From positions 1,764-65,763 of the forward strand of contig JABCSY010000003.1 in assembly GCA_018238625.1 (NCBI GenBank): a stretch of 64,000 bases of DNA, in the 5' to 3' direction. The position numbers and the translations under genes were made by a program. Each line of letters opens with the position of its first letter. Position 1 is the stretch's first letter. Source of the DNA: Promethearchaeota archaeon. Lineage in GTDB: Archaea; Asgardarchaeota; Lokiarchaeia; Sigyniarchaeales; SOKP01. This document shows, one piece after another, positions 38,515 to 47,802 of the stretch. Below the pieces are notes generated by a model. The model saw only the letters and a program-made list of their open reading frames with translations. It was not told the origin of the DNA and did no database searches.

Positions 38515-39876
38515 TTACAATTTCGCTTTTAGCTTTAAAATCTTTTGCTCGATTTCTGAGATTTTGATAGATAAATCAATGGAATCTTTAGGAATTGATT
38601 CGTATAATTGAAGAATATACTGATACCGAGCCAGAACCCTGGAAAATTTGTTCATACTCTCTTCTTTTTCTGCTTTAGCTCTTATTAGCTCTGCTTTCTC
38701 TAACTTATTTTTAATTTCAGGAGAAAGAGCAAGTTGTCTTTGCTGCAGCTTTGCTTTATATTTTTGCTTCTCACTTAAAACACTTAATACTTTTTTCTGA
38801 AATTCTTGTTCATCTTCTAATTTTTTTAGTGTAGCTCGCTCTAACTTCAATTCTTCTTCTTTTTTATATCGATCTATATTTAATAACTCATTTCGCAAAA
38901 TAGTTATTTGATCACGCCAACCAAGCTGAGTAAATAATTCAATCGCTTGTTTATATAAAGATTTAGCCTCATCGTAATCCTTTTGTTGAAGACTTTGGTT
39001 TCCTTCGTTTAAAAGATCCTGTGCTTTTACAGTAAGAGTTTCTACTTGCATTTTCTTTTCTCGAAGTAGTTTTAATTTGTTTTGCTGTTCTTTCCATTTT
39101 TGATTACTATGATCATGTTGTTCTTGTGCCATTGAAATTGACTTGGTTGATAGCTCCTTTTCAATTTCCTCGTTTTTTTTCATTTGTTCAAATAATTTGT
39201 ATTTTTTACGTTGAGTTATAACGTGGTCTTTTTGTTTTTCTAATTTACTTCCGGCAAGTTTTATAGGTTTTCTCACTACGCCTAAGCCTTTTTGTATCCT
39301 CTGTCGTCTTTTTTCAGCAGAAGCTAACGCTACGATATCTTTTAAGGGAACTTGAATGCCTTTAGATTTTCGAAATTGGCCCCATCGTTGGTACTCTTTA
39401 ATTTCATTTATTTGCCATAATATTTGCTTACATTCGTAGTTATAACTAAGTTGATTGAAAATTTTATACGCTTGGTTATAAAGCTTCACAGATTCATCAA
39501 ACTTGTCTTCTAGAGCTAAATCTCTAGCGAGCTCTAAAATCTCGTTTCCCTTTATCTCCGATATCTGACTATCTTCAGACTGTGCTACTTTTTCTTTATT
39601 CAGACTGGATTTAAAAGGGAGTCTCTCGCTGGGAGTAATAAATTTATCTTTAGACACGGTTAAAGAGCCATTTTCATCTTTTTCTAAATTCTTTAATCGA
39701 ACAATTTCTTTTATTACTATCCCAATTTCTCCTGTTAATCCTAATTTAGTGTAGAGATCTTTAGCTATTAATAAAGAAGAAATAGCTGATGTGTAATTTT
39801 TATTTCTTAATGCAATTTTTGATTGAAAGATCATCTTTTCAGCTTTTTTCAATAAATCAGCATTCTGGCTTGCCAT
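38515..39876 (-). CDS. Helical-repeat / coiled-coil protein, unknown function
   Basis: 453 aa. Three similar modules (AKDLYTKLGLTGEI.., AYKIFNQLSYNYECKQILWQINEIKEY, AIELFTQLGWRDQITILRNELLNIDRY) are separated by Lys/Glu coiled coil. Confidence 0.45.
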   Translation of the reverse strand: MASQNADLLKKAEKMIFQSKIALRNKNYTSAISSLLIAKDLYTKLGLTGEIGIVIKEIVRLKNLEKDENGSLTVSKDKFITPSERLPFKSSLNKEKVAQSEDSQISEIKGNEILELARDLALEDKFDESVKLYNQAYKIFNQLSYNYECKQILWQINEIKEYQRWGQFRKSKGIQVPLKDIVALASAEKRRQRIQKGLGVVRKPIKLAGSKLEKQKDHVITQRKKYKLFEQMKKNEEIEKELSTKSISMAQEQHDHSNQKWKEQQNKLKLLREKKMQVETLTVKAQDLLNEGNQSLQQKDYDEAKSLYKQAIELFTQLGWRDQITILRNELLNIDRYKKEEELKLERATLKKLEDEQEFQKKVLSVLSEKQKYKAKLQQRQLALSPEIKNKLEKAELIRAKAEKEESMNKFSRVLARYQYILQLYESIPKDSIDLSIKISEIEQKILKLKAKL

Positions 39877-39991
39877 GTATTTTTTACAACAAGTTTTTGA
39901 TTATTATGATATTTATAAATTAATAATTTTAATAATTATTCTATAATTACTCATTTAAGTGTATAAAAATTTAATATAAACTTGAACTAAT

Positions 39992-41086
39992 ATGCCTTCG
40001 GAAAAAATACAAATTGGAATTTTAGGGGCAACAGGTATGGTTGGTCAAAATTATATTAAATTATTGAAAGAGCACCCTTGGTTTGAAATTGCTGATGTTG
40101 CAGCCTCACCCAGATCTGCAGGTAAACCTTACGAGGGAGCCGTTAAAGAAAAGTGGCAGATGTCAATAGAAATCCCAAAAGAAGTTAAAAACTTAATCGT
40201 TAGAGATGTTCAAGATTTTGACTCCCTTAAACCTAATATAAGCTTCGTGTTTTCAGCAATGGACTTACCACAAAAAGAAGATACAAAAATAATTGAATTT
40301 AAGTACGCTAAGAAAGGTATTCCGGTTATCAGTAACAGTTCAGCAAACAGATGGACCGCGGATGTGCCTATGATAATCCCAGAAATCAACCATAGTCACA
40401 CAGAAATAATTCCTATCCAACAAAAAAATAGAGGAATATCAAAAGGATTTGTCGTAGTTAAACCTAATTGTTCAATTCAGAGTTACATAACGCCAATTTA
40501 TGCTCTCGAAGAAAAGGGATTTAAAGTTGAGAAATTGATCATAACTACACTTCAAGCTGTTTCTGGGGCGGGATACCCGGGAGTCCCTTCTTTAGATATG
40601 TTGGATAACATCGTACCTTATATTGGAGGGGAGGAAGAGAAATCTGAAAAGGAGCCCTTAAAGGTTTTTGGAAAAATTGGAGAAAAAGAAATAATTAACA
40701 ACGATTCTATACAAATAAGTGCAACTTGTACACGGGTTCCAGTTACAGACGGCCACACGGCATGTGTCAACTTGAAGTTTAAAAACAAAATACCCACTAA
40801 AGAAGAAATTATTAAAATTTGGAAAGAATTTATATCGATTCCTCAAGAATTAGATTTACCGTTCGCGCCAAAACAACCGATTATTTACTTAGAGGACGTT
40901 ACTAGACCACAACCGAGGAAAGATAGAGATAACGATAAAGGTATGGCAGTTACTGTTGGTCGATTAAGAGAAGATAATGTTTTCGATTACAAGTTTGTTG
41001 CGTTAAGTCATAATACAATTAGAGGTGCGGCAGGTGGAGCAATCTTAAACGCAGAATTATTAAAAGTTAAGGGATTTTTAAATTAA
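39992..41086 (+). CDS. asd: Aspartate-semialdehyde dehydrogenase (archaeal type)
   Basis: GILGATGMVGQ Rossmann motif, active-site KPNCSIQ, SHNTIRGAAGGAILNAE. Confidence 0.85.
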   Translation: MPSEKIQIGILGATGMVGQNYIKLLKEHPWFEIADVAASPRSAGKPYEGAVKEKWQMSIEIPKEVKNLIVRDVQDFDSLKPNISFVFSAMDLPQKEDTKIIEFKYAKKGIPVISNSSANRWTADVPMIIPEINHSHTEIIPIQQKNRGISKGFVVVKPNCSIQSYITPIYALEEKGFKVEKLIITTLQAVSGAGYPGVPSLDMLDNIVPYIGGEEEKSEKEPLKVFGKIGEKEIINNDSIQISATCTRVPVTDGHTACVNLKFKNKIPTKEEIIKIWKEFISIPQELDLPFAPKQPIIYLEDVTRPQPRKDRDNDKGMAVTVGRLREDNVFDYKFVALSHNTIRGAAGGAILNAELLKVKGFLN

Positions 41087-41095
41087 TCGTCTTAT

Positions 41096-42646
41096 CTAAA
41101 AGTCGTGTTTATCGATAACAATAGACAAAACGTCTTTTAACAGAGAGAAACTCCTTCTATTCTTTATTAATGTATATGGGGGTATTTCAGGATATACTTG
41201 AAAATATTGGGGGGTTTTCAGCAATTTAACAACTCTTAAGATCGAAAACAAAGAAGCTTTGTGAAAATTGATAAGAAAAGTGCTTAAAAAGGTCTTAATA
41301 AGGAATTTATCTACTTTAAAAACTGTTGTAATAAAACCAAATTTTTCAGAAACGCTTAACCTAATTGATTCAAGCGACTCTCGATTAACTTTTGAAAGAA
41401 AATTTTTATCGCTAATATATTCAAGCTTATTTATTGCCCCATTTTCAATTCTCACGAGCATAAGATTATTTGAATTTGGAGTTTTTTTTATTTGCTCAGT
41501 TAAGATAATTAAAATATTAGCATTTAGTCCGATATAAGTATCGAAAAGCCCGAAAATAAAGTCCGGTATAGCCCAATGAGAAAGTTTCTTTAGATTGAGA
41601 TTGATTCCAAAAAGTCTAATTAAAAACCTAACTAATGTATTGGATATTATTGGCTTGGGAACCATATTCCAATATAAATCGTAACTTCTAATTCCGTACA
41701 AAAGCTTTTGGAAGATTAATCTTACTTTCTCTTTGCTTGGGGGAACTTCCATTTCAAATAATTCCGAAAGAAAAATGAGGAGAGAACTTTGGTCTATGCT
41801 AAGTACTTTATCAGTTTTAAAATCAGCTTGAAGGCCCTTTAAATCGGGTAAGAGGTTTTGCTCGTTAAAATTATATTTTTCGCTTTCTAACAAATTTAAA
41901 TTGAGTTCAATTTCGGGATGTAGAGATTTTGTATTTTCCTTTTTAATTTTTAGCAAGATTGGCAAATTATTGGAATTTATTATAAATAAAGCGTTAAATG
42001 AAGGGATTACGCTTTCAATGAATTCAAAGACTTTTGAGAATTTAATGCCTTCCAGTAAACTAACGCTACTTTTCAAAAATCTTAAAATATTTGGTTCTGG
42101 GTAAATAAAAATTAATTCTTGCTCTAATAAAATTTGAATTATATTTAAGAAACTCTGAATAAATTCGTAATATGTGGACTTGGTCAATCTTTCGCAGTGA
42201 CTATTCATTAAATCAATGGTTCTTTTTTTTAACAATCTTACACAAGAAATCTTTATCCCGTGGTCTTTTTGTATAATTGATTGAATTCTATTGAAGAGTA
42301 CATCCAGGTTGCGTAAATCATCTTGCTTAATTTCGATAGATTCTTTAGGAAGGCCTTTAATTCCCGCATGTATTCCTGGTTTAGTCGTTTCATACAAGTA
42401 AAGTCCAAAAACGATGTTATCAAGCTCGAAATCCGATATTACTATATCAAGAATGTTTTGTTGGTCGTTTATGAATTTTGGATATAAGAGCTCAAACAAG
42501 CGATACAAAAGGAAGGGATTGACTTCGTTTGGTGTTAAGGGGATTCTTACCGTTTCTTTTAACTCTTTTGGGTCTTCAATTATATTTACTTTTGAGTTAA
42601 ACTTTAAGATTTTTAGCCAGTTTTCTTTGAAAATTTGATTTATCAT
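41096..42646 (-). CDS. Hypothetical protein
   Basis: 516-aa ORF with no recognisable motifs. Three antisense ORFs inside it are judged shadows. Confidence 0.4.
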   Translation of the reverse strand: MINQIFKENWLKILKFNSKVNIIEDPKELKETVRIPLTPNEVNPFLLYRLFELLYPKFINDQQNILDIVISDFELDNIVFGLYLYETTKPGIHAGIKGLPKESIEIKQDDLRNLDVLFNRIQSIIQKDHGIKISCVRLLKKRTIDLMNSHCERLTKSTYYEFIQSFLNIIQILLEQELIFIYPEPNILRFLKSSVSLLEGIKFSKVFEFIESVIPSFNALFIINSNNLPILLKIKKENTKSLHPEIELNLNLLESEKYNFNEQNLLPDLKGLQADFKTDKVLSIDQSSLLIFLSELFEMEVPPSKEKVRLIFQKLLYGIRSYDLYWNMVPKPIISNTLVRFLIRLFGINLNLKKLSHWAIPDFIFGLFDTYIGLNANILIILTEQIKKTPNSNNLMLVRIENGAINKLEYISDKNFLSKVNRESLESIRLSVSEKFGFITTVFKVDKFLIKTFLSTFLINFHKASLFSILRVVKLLKTPQYFQVYPEIPPYTLIKNRRSFSLLKDVLSIVIDKHDF

Positions 42647-42662
42647 AGGGAATTTAATCTCT

Positions 42663-44072
42663 CTATTTAGTTTTTTTGTCTGTCTCTTGATTATAATATG
42701 TTTTTATTAGATTATTAAAAAAGAATAAATTTGGGACTTGTGATTTTCCGTAATATCTGATAAGAGTATTTAAGCAATCAATTCTACTTGGAGGACATCC
42801 TGGAAGTTCGACAATCTTTTTGTTCACTTTTTCTTTAATTTTGGCTTTATCTTGAGCTTTTGAATCTTTTTTTAGCTTTTTTTTAGCAGTTTCCAAGTAA
42901 TCTTTGCTATTTGTAATAATGATTTTTCTAAACTCACGATTCTCTGTGCTTTCAATAGCACAATCTCCAAACAGAATAATATTTTCTAAAGATTCCGGTT
43001 TTGAAGGCTTTTCTCCGATTAAGAAGGATTGTTTTATTATGTATTTTAAATCTTTTGTCATGTGAGTTTTCATTAGATTCAATAGATGATACGCTTCATT
43101 GAAGCATCCAGAGCAAAGGCGCCCCGATTTCACATATGTATTTTTAAAATTAATATCTTCTAATTTACTCACGCAAAAATCAACGGTTAACTTGATAGCT
43201 TCAAGATTTTCGCCTATTAACTTAATATTAGATATATCAGTTATTCCTAAGCTTCTATTACGCGCTTCTAAGAGGATATCACTGCTTAATAAATCAATCT
43301 CTAACAATCTTAAAGTAGTTAAATCAACTGCTACCGCGTCATTTCCTACCACAATTAAATTTGTCCGCATTAAATTAGAATCTTTGTAGATAAACGGTCC
43401 AGCGCCTTCTAAAAGGTAGAACAGATCGTTTATAACTAGACTTGGCTTTTTAACGCTGAAAACATTAAGGATGTTAGTAATTAAATCTTGTTTGTATTGA
43501 TCTAAATGTAGGTAATCTTTTCCACTTCTTACATTTTTTTGAATTTTTTGAAATTGATTAGACACAAGAGAATAGGAGTTTAGTAACGATATCGTGCATT
43601 TAAACAGAGGATCTACGCTAACTTGGTTCAACAAGATTAACCTATCAGATTCAAGTATTACTTTTGGAAATTCTATAGTTTTTCCACTTATCTCAACGGA
43701 TTTTAAAGGGTATTTGTTTTGATCGTCTAAAAATACAAATTCTGCCCCCAAGTTTTCTATATACGACTGAATCCCTAAAGTTTTAGCAATCGAATCAGTT
43801 TTTAATCCATTAAAGGGATAACTCCCAACAAAAATCTTTTTCGCTTCTGCTTCTTTGCATAAATTTATTATAGTTTTAATTGTATCAAAATTAGTATTAA
43901 CGGGGAAACCACTGGGCGTTCTTAAATTTATTTTAACGAAAACTTGATCTCCCTTTTCTACGAATCCCGAAATTCCGCCAAGTTTTTCGACTCCGTCGGT
44001 TATTGCTTCACTTGGACTACTACTTTTAATAATTGCAACTTCTGTACTATTCATATTAGAGTTCTCTATCAC
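42663..44072 (-). CDS. DUF362-domain protein with Lys-rich C-terminal extension
   Basis: GDQVFVKINLRTPSGFPVNTNFDTIKTIINLCKEAEAKKIFVG is typical of DUF362. Confidence 0.55.
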   Translation of the reverse strand: MIENSNMNSTEVAIIKSSSPSEAITDGVEKLGGISGFVEKGDQVFVKINLRTPSGFPVNTNFDTIKTIINLCKEAEAKKIFVGSYPFNGLKTDSIAKTLGIQSYIENLGAEFVFLDDQNKYPLKSVEISGKTIEFPKVILESDRLILLNQVSVDPLFKCTISLLNSYSLVSNQFQKIQKNVRSGKDYLHLDQYKQDLITNILNVFSVKKPSLVINDLFYLLEGAGPFIYKDSNLMRTNLIVVGNDAVAVDLTTLRLLEIDLLSSDILLEARNRSLGITDISNIKLIGENLEAIKLTVDFCVSKLEDINFKNTYVKSGRLCSGCFNEAYHLLNLMKTHMTKDLKYIIKQSFLIGEKPSKPESLENIILFGDCAIESTENREFRKIIITNSKDYLETAKKKLKKDSKAQDKAKIKEKVNKKIVELPGCPPSRIDCLNTLIRYYGKSQVPNLFFFNNLIKTYYNQETDKKTK

Positions 44073-44134
44073 AAAATATTAAAATTAAATAATTAAATAA
44101 ATCTTTATTAAAATAATAAGAATGGTTAAATATT

Positions 44135-45016
44135 TTGAAGCAATTTGAATTAAAGGTTCGGTTAGAACATCCAGAAATAAATATTTCTTCCGATATTGTA
44201 GGAATAGATATCGGTCAAAGCTTAACCAAGGTTGCGTACCGTAAAGAAAACGAGATCGCGCTATCTATAAGCCAAACGGGGTCAGATTTTCGTGAATTAA
44301 TCGAATTTTTAGATTTTAATAAAAAAAAATTTAAAGTTATTAATTTCACTGGAGGAAAGGCTTTTTCGCTATATAAGAGATATTCTAACGAGACTAAAAC
44401 TAATTTAATTAACGAATTTGAAGCAAATATAGAAGGATTGGAGTTTCTTTACAAACATTCTAAAAACAGGCCTCTCCCAGCTTCAATAGTAGTTACTATA
44501 GGGACTGGAACATCAATCGTGCTAAAAAGCGATAATGTTGAACATATAGGAGGTTCTGCCATGGGTGGAGGTTTATTCATGGGACTCATTAAATTATTAT
44601 TTAATATAAATGACTATTTTGATGCAATTGATCTTGCTCGTAAGGGGAATCGATTTAACATTGATTTGAAAGTAGCTGACATTTACGATATTGAAGATAC
44701 TAGAGTTGATAAACTATTTAGAGAATTTACAGCAGCTTCTTTAGGCAAGATTAAAAAAGATTTTGACATCAAATCGTTAAAAAAGGAAGATCTAATTAAT
44801 TCCCTAATTGGAATTATTGGAGAAAACATTGGAACGATTGCTACTCTTATGGCTGATAATTATAATGTGAAAAATATTGTTTTCTGTGGAGGCTTCCTGA
44901 TAGGGAATAAAACTGTAAAACAAATTCTATCATTACTTTGTAAACTCAAGAGGAAAAAACCAATCTTTATTGAAAATTCAGAATATAGTGGGGCTATTGG
45001 AGCTCTTATTTTATGA
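44135..45016 (+). CDS. Type II (eukaryote/Staphylococcus-type) pantothenate kinase, Fumble family
   Basis: VGIDIGQSLTKVAY; VTIGTGTSIV..IGGSAMGGGLFMGL; DLARKGNRFNIDLKVADIY; NIGTIATLMA..IVFCGGFL; ENSEYSGAIGALIL. These are collinear with the PanK-II signature blocks. Confidence 0.8.
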   Translation: MKQFELKVRLEHPEINISSDIVGIDIGQSLTKVAYRKENEIALSISQTGSDFRELIEFLDFNKKKFKVINFTGGKAFSLYKRYSNETKTNLINEFEANIEGLEFLYKHSKNRPLPASIVVTIGTGTSIVLKSDNVEHIGGSAMGGGLFMGLIKLLFNINDYFDAIDLARKGNRFNIDLKVADIYDIEDTRVDKLFREFTAASLGKIKKDFDIKSLKKEDLINSLIGIIGENIGTIATLMADNYNVKNIVFCGGFLIGNKTVKQILSLLCKLKRKKPIFIENSEYSGAIGALIL

Positions 45017-45061
45017 GTTCTAATAAAAATAAAAATAGAATAAAAAAAAAATAAGTGTTAA

Positions 45062-46615
45062 TTATATTTTTCGCTTCTTATATATTACAAGCCCGATAAT
45101 GCTAATAGCTATAAATAGCAAGTAAAAATTCCCGAAAGGAATACCCCCCGGACTACTAGTGGGAGGGACAGGTATAGCAAAATTTACATACATTATTTCA
45201 TAATCTGTACCCCACACGCCATTAGTGCCATCTTCCCAGACCACATGAACTTGATTTGCACTAATAACAATCGTTGGATCGCGGCTATGACCATCGTTCC
45301 AGAAAACACCGTTATAACCGTCTGAAAGTATAGTTATATTTGACCAGCAGTTTATCTTTGTGGAATTGGCATACATTATTTCGTCATCTGTACCCCACAC
45401 ACCGTCAGTGTTATCGTACCATACTACATGAACTGAGTTGCTACGATCAACAACGATTTTGGGGTTATAACTATGTCCATCGTTCCAATAGCTGCCATTA
45501 TATCCGTCAGAGATTATTATAGGTAATAACCATCCTAAATCAGATGAGAAATAAGCATACATTATTTCATAATCTGTACCCCACACACCAGCAGTGCTAT
45601 CGCACCATACTACATGAACAGCGTTGCTACGATCAACAGCGATTGCTGGGTTAGTACTACCACCATCGTTCCAGTAAATATCGTTTAATCCATCAGAAAT
45701 TACGGTGGCATTAGACCATCCTGTTGTGGTTGTATATGTAACAAGCATTATTTCGATATCTATACCCCACACACCGTTAGTATGATCTTCCCAAACTACA
45801 TAAACTTTATCGCTACTATCAATAGCGATTGCTGGATCGTAACTACCACCATCGTTCCAGTAAATATCGTTTAACCCATCAGAAATTACGGTGGCATTAG
45901 ACCATCCTGTTGCGGTTGTATACATAGCATACATTATTTCGAAATCTGTACCCCACGCACCGTCAGTATTATCGTGCCATACTACGTGAACTTGATTGCT
46001 ACTATCAACAGCGATTGCTGGATTGAAACTGTTACCCTCGTTCCAGTAACTGCCACCATAACCATCTGAGATTACGGTGACATTGGACCATCCTGTTGCG
46101 GTTGTATACGTAGCATACATTATTTCGATATCTGTACCCCACACACCGTCAGTATAATCGTACCATACTACATGAATAGCATTGCTACTATCAACAGCAA
46201 TTGCTGGATCCCAACTACCGCCATTGTTCCAGTAAGTACCATTATAACCGTCTGAAATTACGGTGGCATTGGACCACCCTGAAGAATCTGTGTATGTAGC
46301 ATGCATTATTTCGATATCTGTACCCCACACACCGTCAGTATAATCTTGCCATACTAAGTGAATTTTGTCGCTACTATCAACAGCGATTGCCGGATCGTAA
46401 CTACCTGCATCGTTCCAGTAACTACTATTAAATCCATCAGAAACCACAGTAGCGTTAGAAAAATCCACCGCACTTGATTTAAGATCGTAATTATTATAAG
46501 TGCTAGAAGAAGCTATTGTAGGATTTAACGCAACTACCAAGAGCCCACAGAAGAAGAATTGCAATATTATAAAATATGTTATTAAAGTTTTTTTTTTCAT
46601 TGTTTTTTTAACCAT
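45062..46615 (-). CDS. Secreted, C-terminally anchored seven-repeat (beta-propeller-like) surface protein
   Basis: N-terminal signal/TM. Seven copies of an approximately 62-aa repeat (GWSNATVISDGYNGTYWNNGGSWDPAIAVDSSNAIHVVWYDYTDGVWGTDIEIMYATYTTAT). Pro/Ser linker, then the hydrophobic anchor IPFGNFYLLFIAISIIGLVIYKKRKI. Confidence 0.7.
   Translation of the reverse strand: MVKKTMKKKTLITYFIILQFFFCGLLVVALNPTIASSSTYNNYDLKSSAVDFSNATVVSDGFNSSYWNDAGSYDPAIAVDSSDKIHLVWQDYTDGVWGTDIEIMHATYTDSSGWSNATVISDGYNGTYWNNGGSWDPAIAVDSSNAIHVVWYDYTDGVWGTDIEIMYATYTTATGWSNVTVISDGYGGSYWNEGNSFNPAIAVDSSNQVHVVWHDNTDGAWGTDFEIMYAMYTTATGWSNATVISDGLNDIYWNDGGSYDPAIAIDSSDKVYVVWEDHTNGVWGIDIEIMLVTYTTTTGWSNATVISDGLNDIYWNDGGSTNPAIAVDRSNAVHVVWCDSTAGVWGTDYEIMYAYFSSDLGWLLPIIISDGYNGSYWNDGHSYNPKIVVDRSNSVHVVWYDNTDGVWGTDDEIMYANSTKINCWSNITILSDGYNGVFWNDGHSRDPTIVISANQVHVVWEDGTNGVWGTDYEIMYVNFAIPVPPTSSPGGIPFGNFYLLFIAISIIGLVIYKKRKI
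45179..46465 (-). repeat. Intragenic tandem repeat, 7 copies of about 186 bp
   Basis: DNA-level periodicity. Two adjacent units share a near-identical stretch of about 85 nt (about 45659-45745 vs 45845-45930). Confidence 0.8.
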
Positions 46616-46851
46616 TTAAAATTTGGATAATGGTAAAGAAATAACATTCATATTTAAAACAATTTAATTCAATATAAATAGAAAAAACAATCAGACTTAA
46701 GATAAAGCGTGCCCATGGGAGATATCTATTCATTGATATTTAGTTATAAAACTACTCTCATAGATACACTATAATGGGCACAAGAACTATAAGTAACTAT
46801 AATTTTTATAGTTTTAAATTAGAACAAAAACTCAGTGTGGAACAATACAGT

Positions 46852-47499
46852 TTAGATAGATTTAGAGTGTTTTTTTAGCATATCTTCGTTTGTTCGACCC
46901 ATTTTGATCGCTAGCTCCGCTATAATTGCGTCTAAGTACACAAATGCGGCAATCTCGAACATTGTACCTTCGGGAGTTAGAATAGCAGTGTCGTCGTGAA
47001 GATCGACTTTATCTCTTTTAGTTCTTCCCTTTAATTTTATAGTGATATCCCCAATTCGCCCTATTATCGTTTCAGGATGGGAAGTAATACTAATAATCCC
47101 ATAAGGTTTAACAGTATTTACGTAATTTTTAAGTAAACTTACAACAATCGCAGTTGTACCTGACCCGGAGAGAACGATTAGAATATCCTCGTTCGAAAGA
47201 GCAGGAATAGAACCTAAATTGGTAACCATGTAAACTTCGGCTCCAAGATGCACTAATCTAGTGGCAAAGCATTGTAAAATGAAAGCTGAACGCCCGCTTG
47301 CTAATAAGAAAAATTTTCGCTTTTGTACTAATCCATCATAGACTAAATTAATAAATTTTTGAGTGTGCGAGAAATATTTGGCTTTACTCAAATGTTCCAT
47401 GTTGGATTTAAGGTTTCCCAGTATCACATCCATAGATTGAAAGAGTATCTGTCTTTCTTTCCCATTTAGCCTTTGCTCGTTTCTAACTTTATCAGCCAT
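46852..47499 (-). CDS. SIS-domain 6-phospho-3-hexuloisomerase-like protein
   Basis: FLLASGRSAFILQCFATRLVHLGAEVYMV and ILIVLSGSGTT SIS motifs. 215 aa. Confidence 0.7.
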   Translation of the reverse strand: MADKVRNEQRLNGKERQILFQSMDVILGNLKSNMEHLSKAKYFSHTQKFINLVYDGLVQKRKFFLLASGRSAFILQCFATRLVHLGAEVYMVTNLGSIPALSNEDILIVLSGSGTTAIVVSLLKNYVNTVKPYGIISITSHPETIIGRIGDITIKLKGRTKRDKVDLHDDTAILTPEGTMFEIAAFVYLDAIIAELAIKMGRTNEDMLKKHSKSI

Positions 47500-47802
47500 A
47501 TTTAATCAAAAATAACATTGTTAGAGAGATATATTAAATAAGTTAAGATTTAAAAAATACATTTCGGTTAATTGTATTTTTGTTTTAATTCTTTTAAATC
47601 CCATTTATCAAGGGATTAATTCAATGATTATACAGAAATTTATTTAAATACACCAAATTAACGCTTTAAAAAATTTGGAATTTAGGTGATGAATGGGAAA
47701 TCTTAGGTAATAGTGATGCTACTGAACCTTAAATTTTAAAAAATTATCTTTTTTTTTATCACATTAGCATTTTAAATTTTAAAAAACATTAATATCGTAC
47801 TA

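Noticed and set aside
3117-44000. Numerous 60-127-aa antisense ORFs nested in longer genes: 3117-3344, 4500-4700, 7902-8285, 12191-12727, 12872-13096, 13212-13415, 14031-14276, 18197-18463, 18613-18861, 23002-23346, 24094-24279, 27051-27260, 29497-30722, 34176-34367, 34731-34937, 35322-35510, 36436-36795, 38271-38483, 40658-40846, 41268-42638 and 43099-43389.
   Set aside because: Each lies antisense within a longer ORF that has recognisable family motifs or coherent architecture. Their translations are Ser/Phe/Ile/Leu-rich, as expected for the reverse complement of Lys/Glu/Asn-rich AT-biased genes.
45179-46465. Regular ~186-bp periodic repeats, considered as a possible CRISPR or satellite array.
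   Set aside because: The repeats lie entirely within one long open reading frame, encode a conserved 62-aa unit, and have no unique spacers. They are protein-coding tandem repeats.
47686-47729. C/D-box sRNA-like string: AGG-UGAUGA-...-UGAUGC-UA-CUGA-ACCU.
   Set aside because: C and D boxes and a 3-bp terminal stem are present. However, only 2 nt separate the C'-like box from the D box, there is no CUGA D' box, and the total length (about 44 nt) is too short for two 10-12-nt guides. Probably a chance match in AT-rich spacer; RNA-seq could revisit it.
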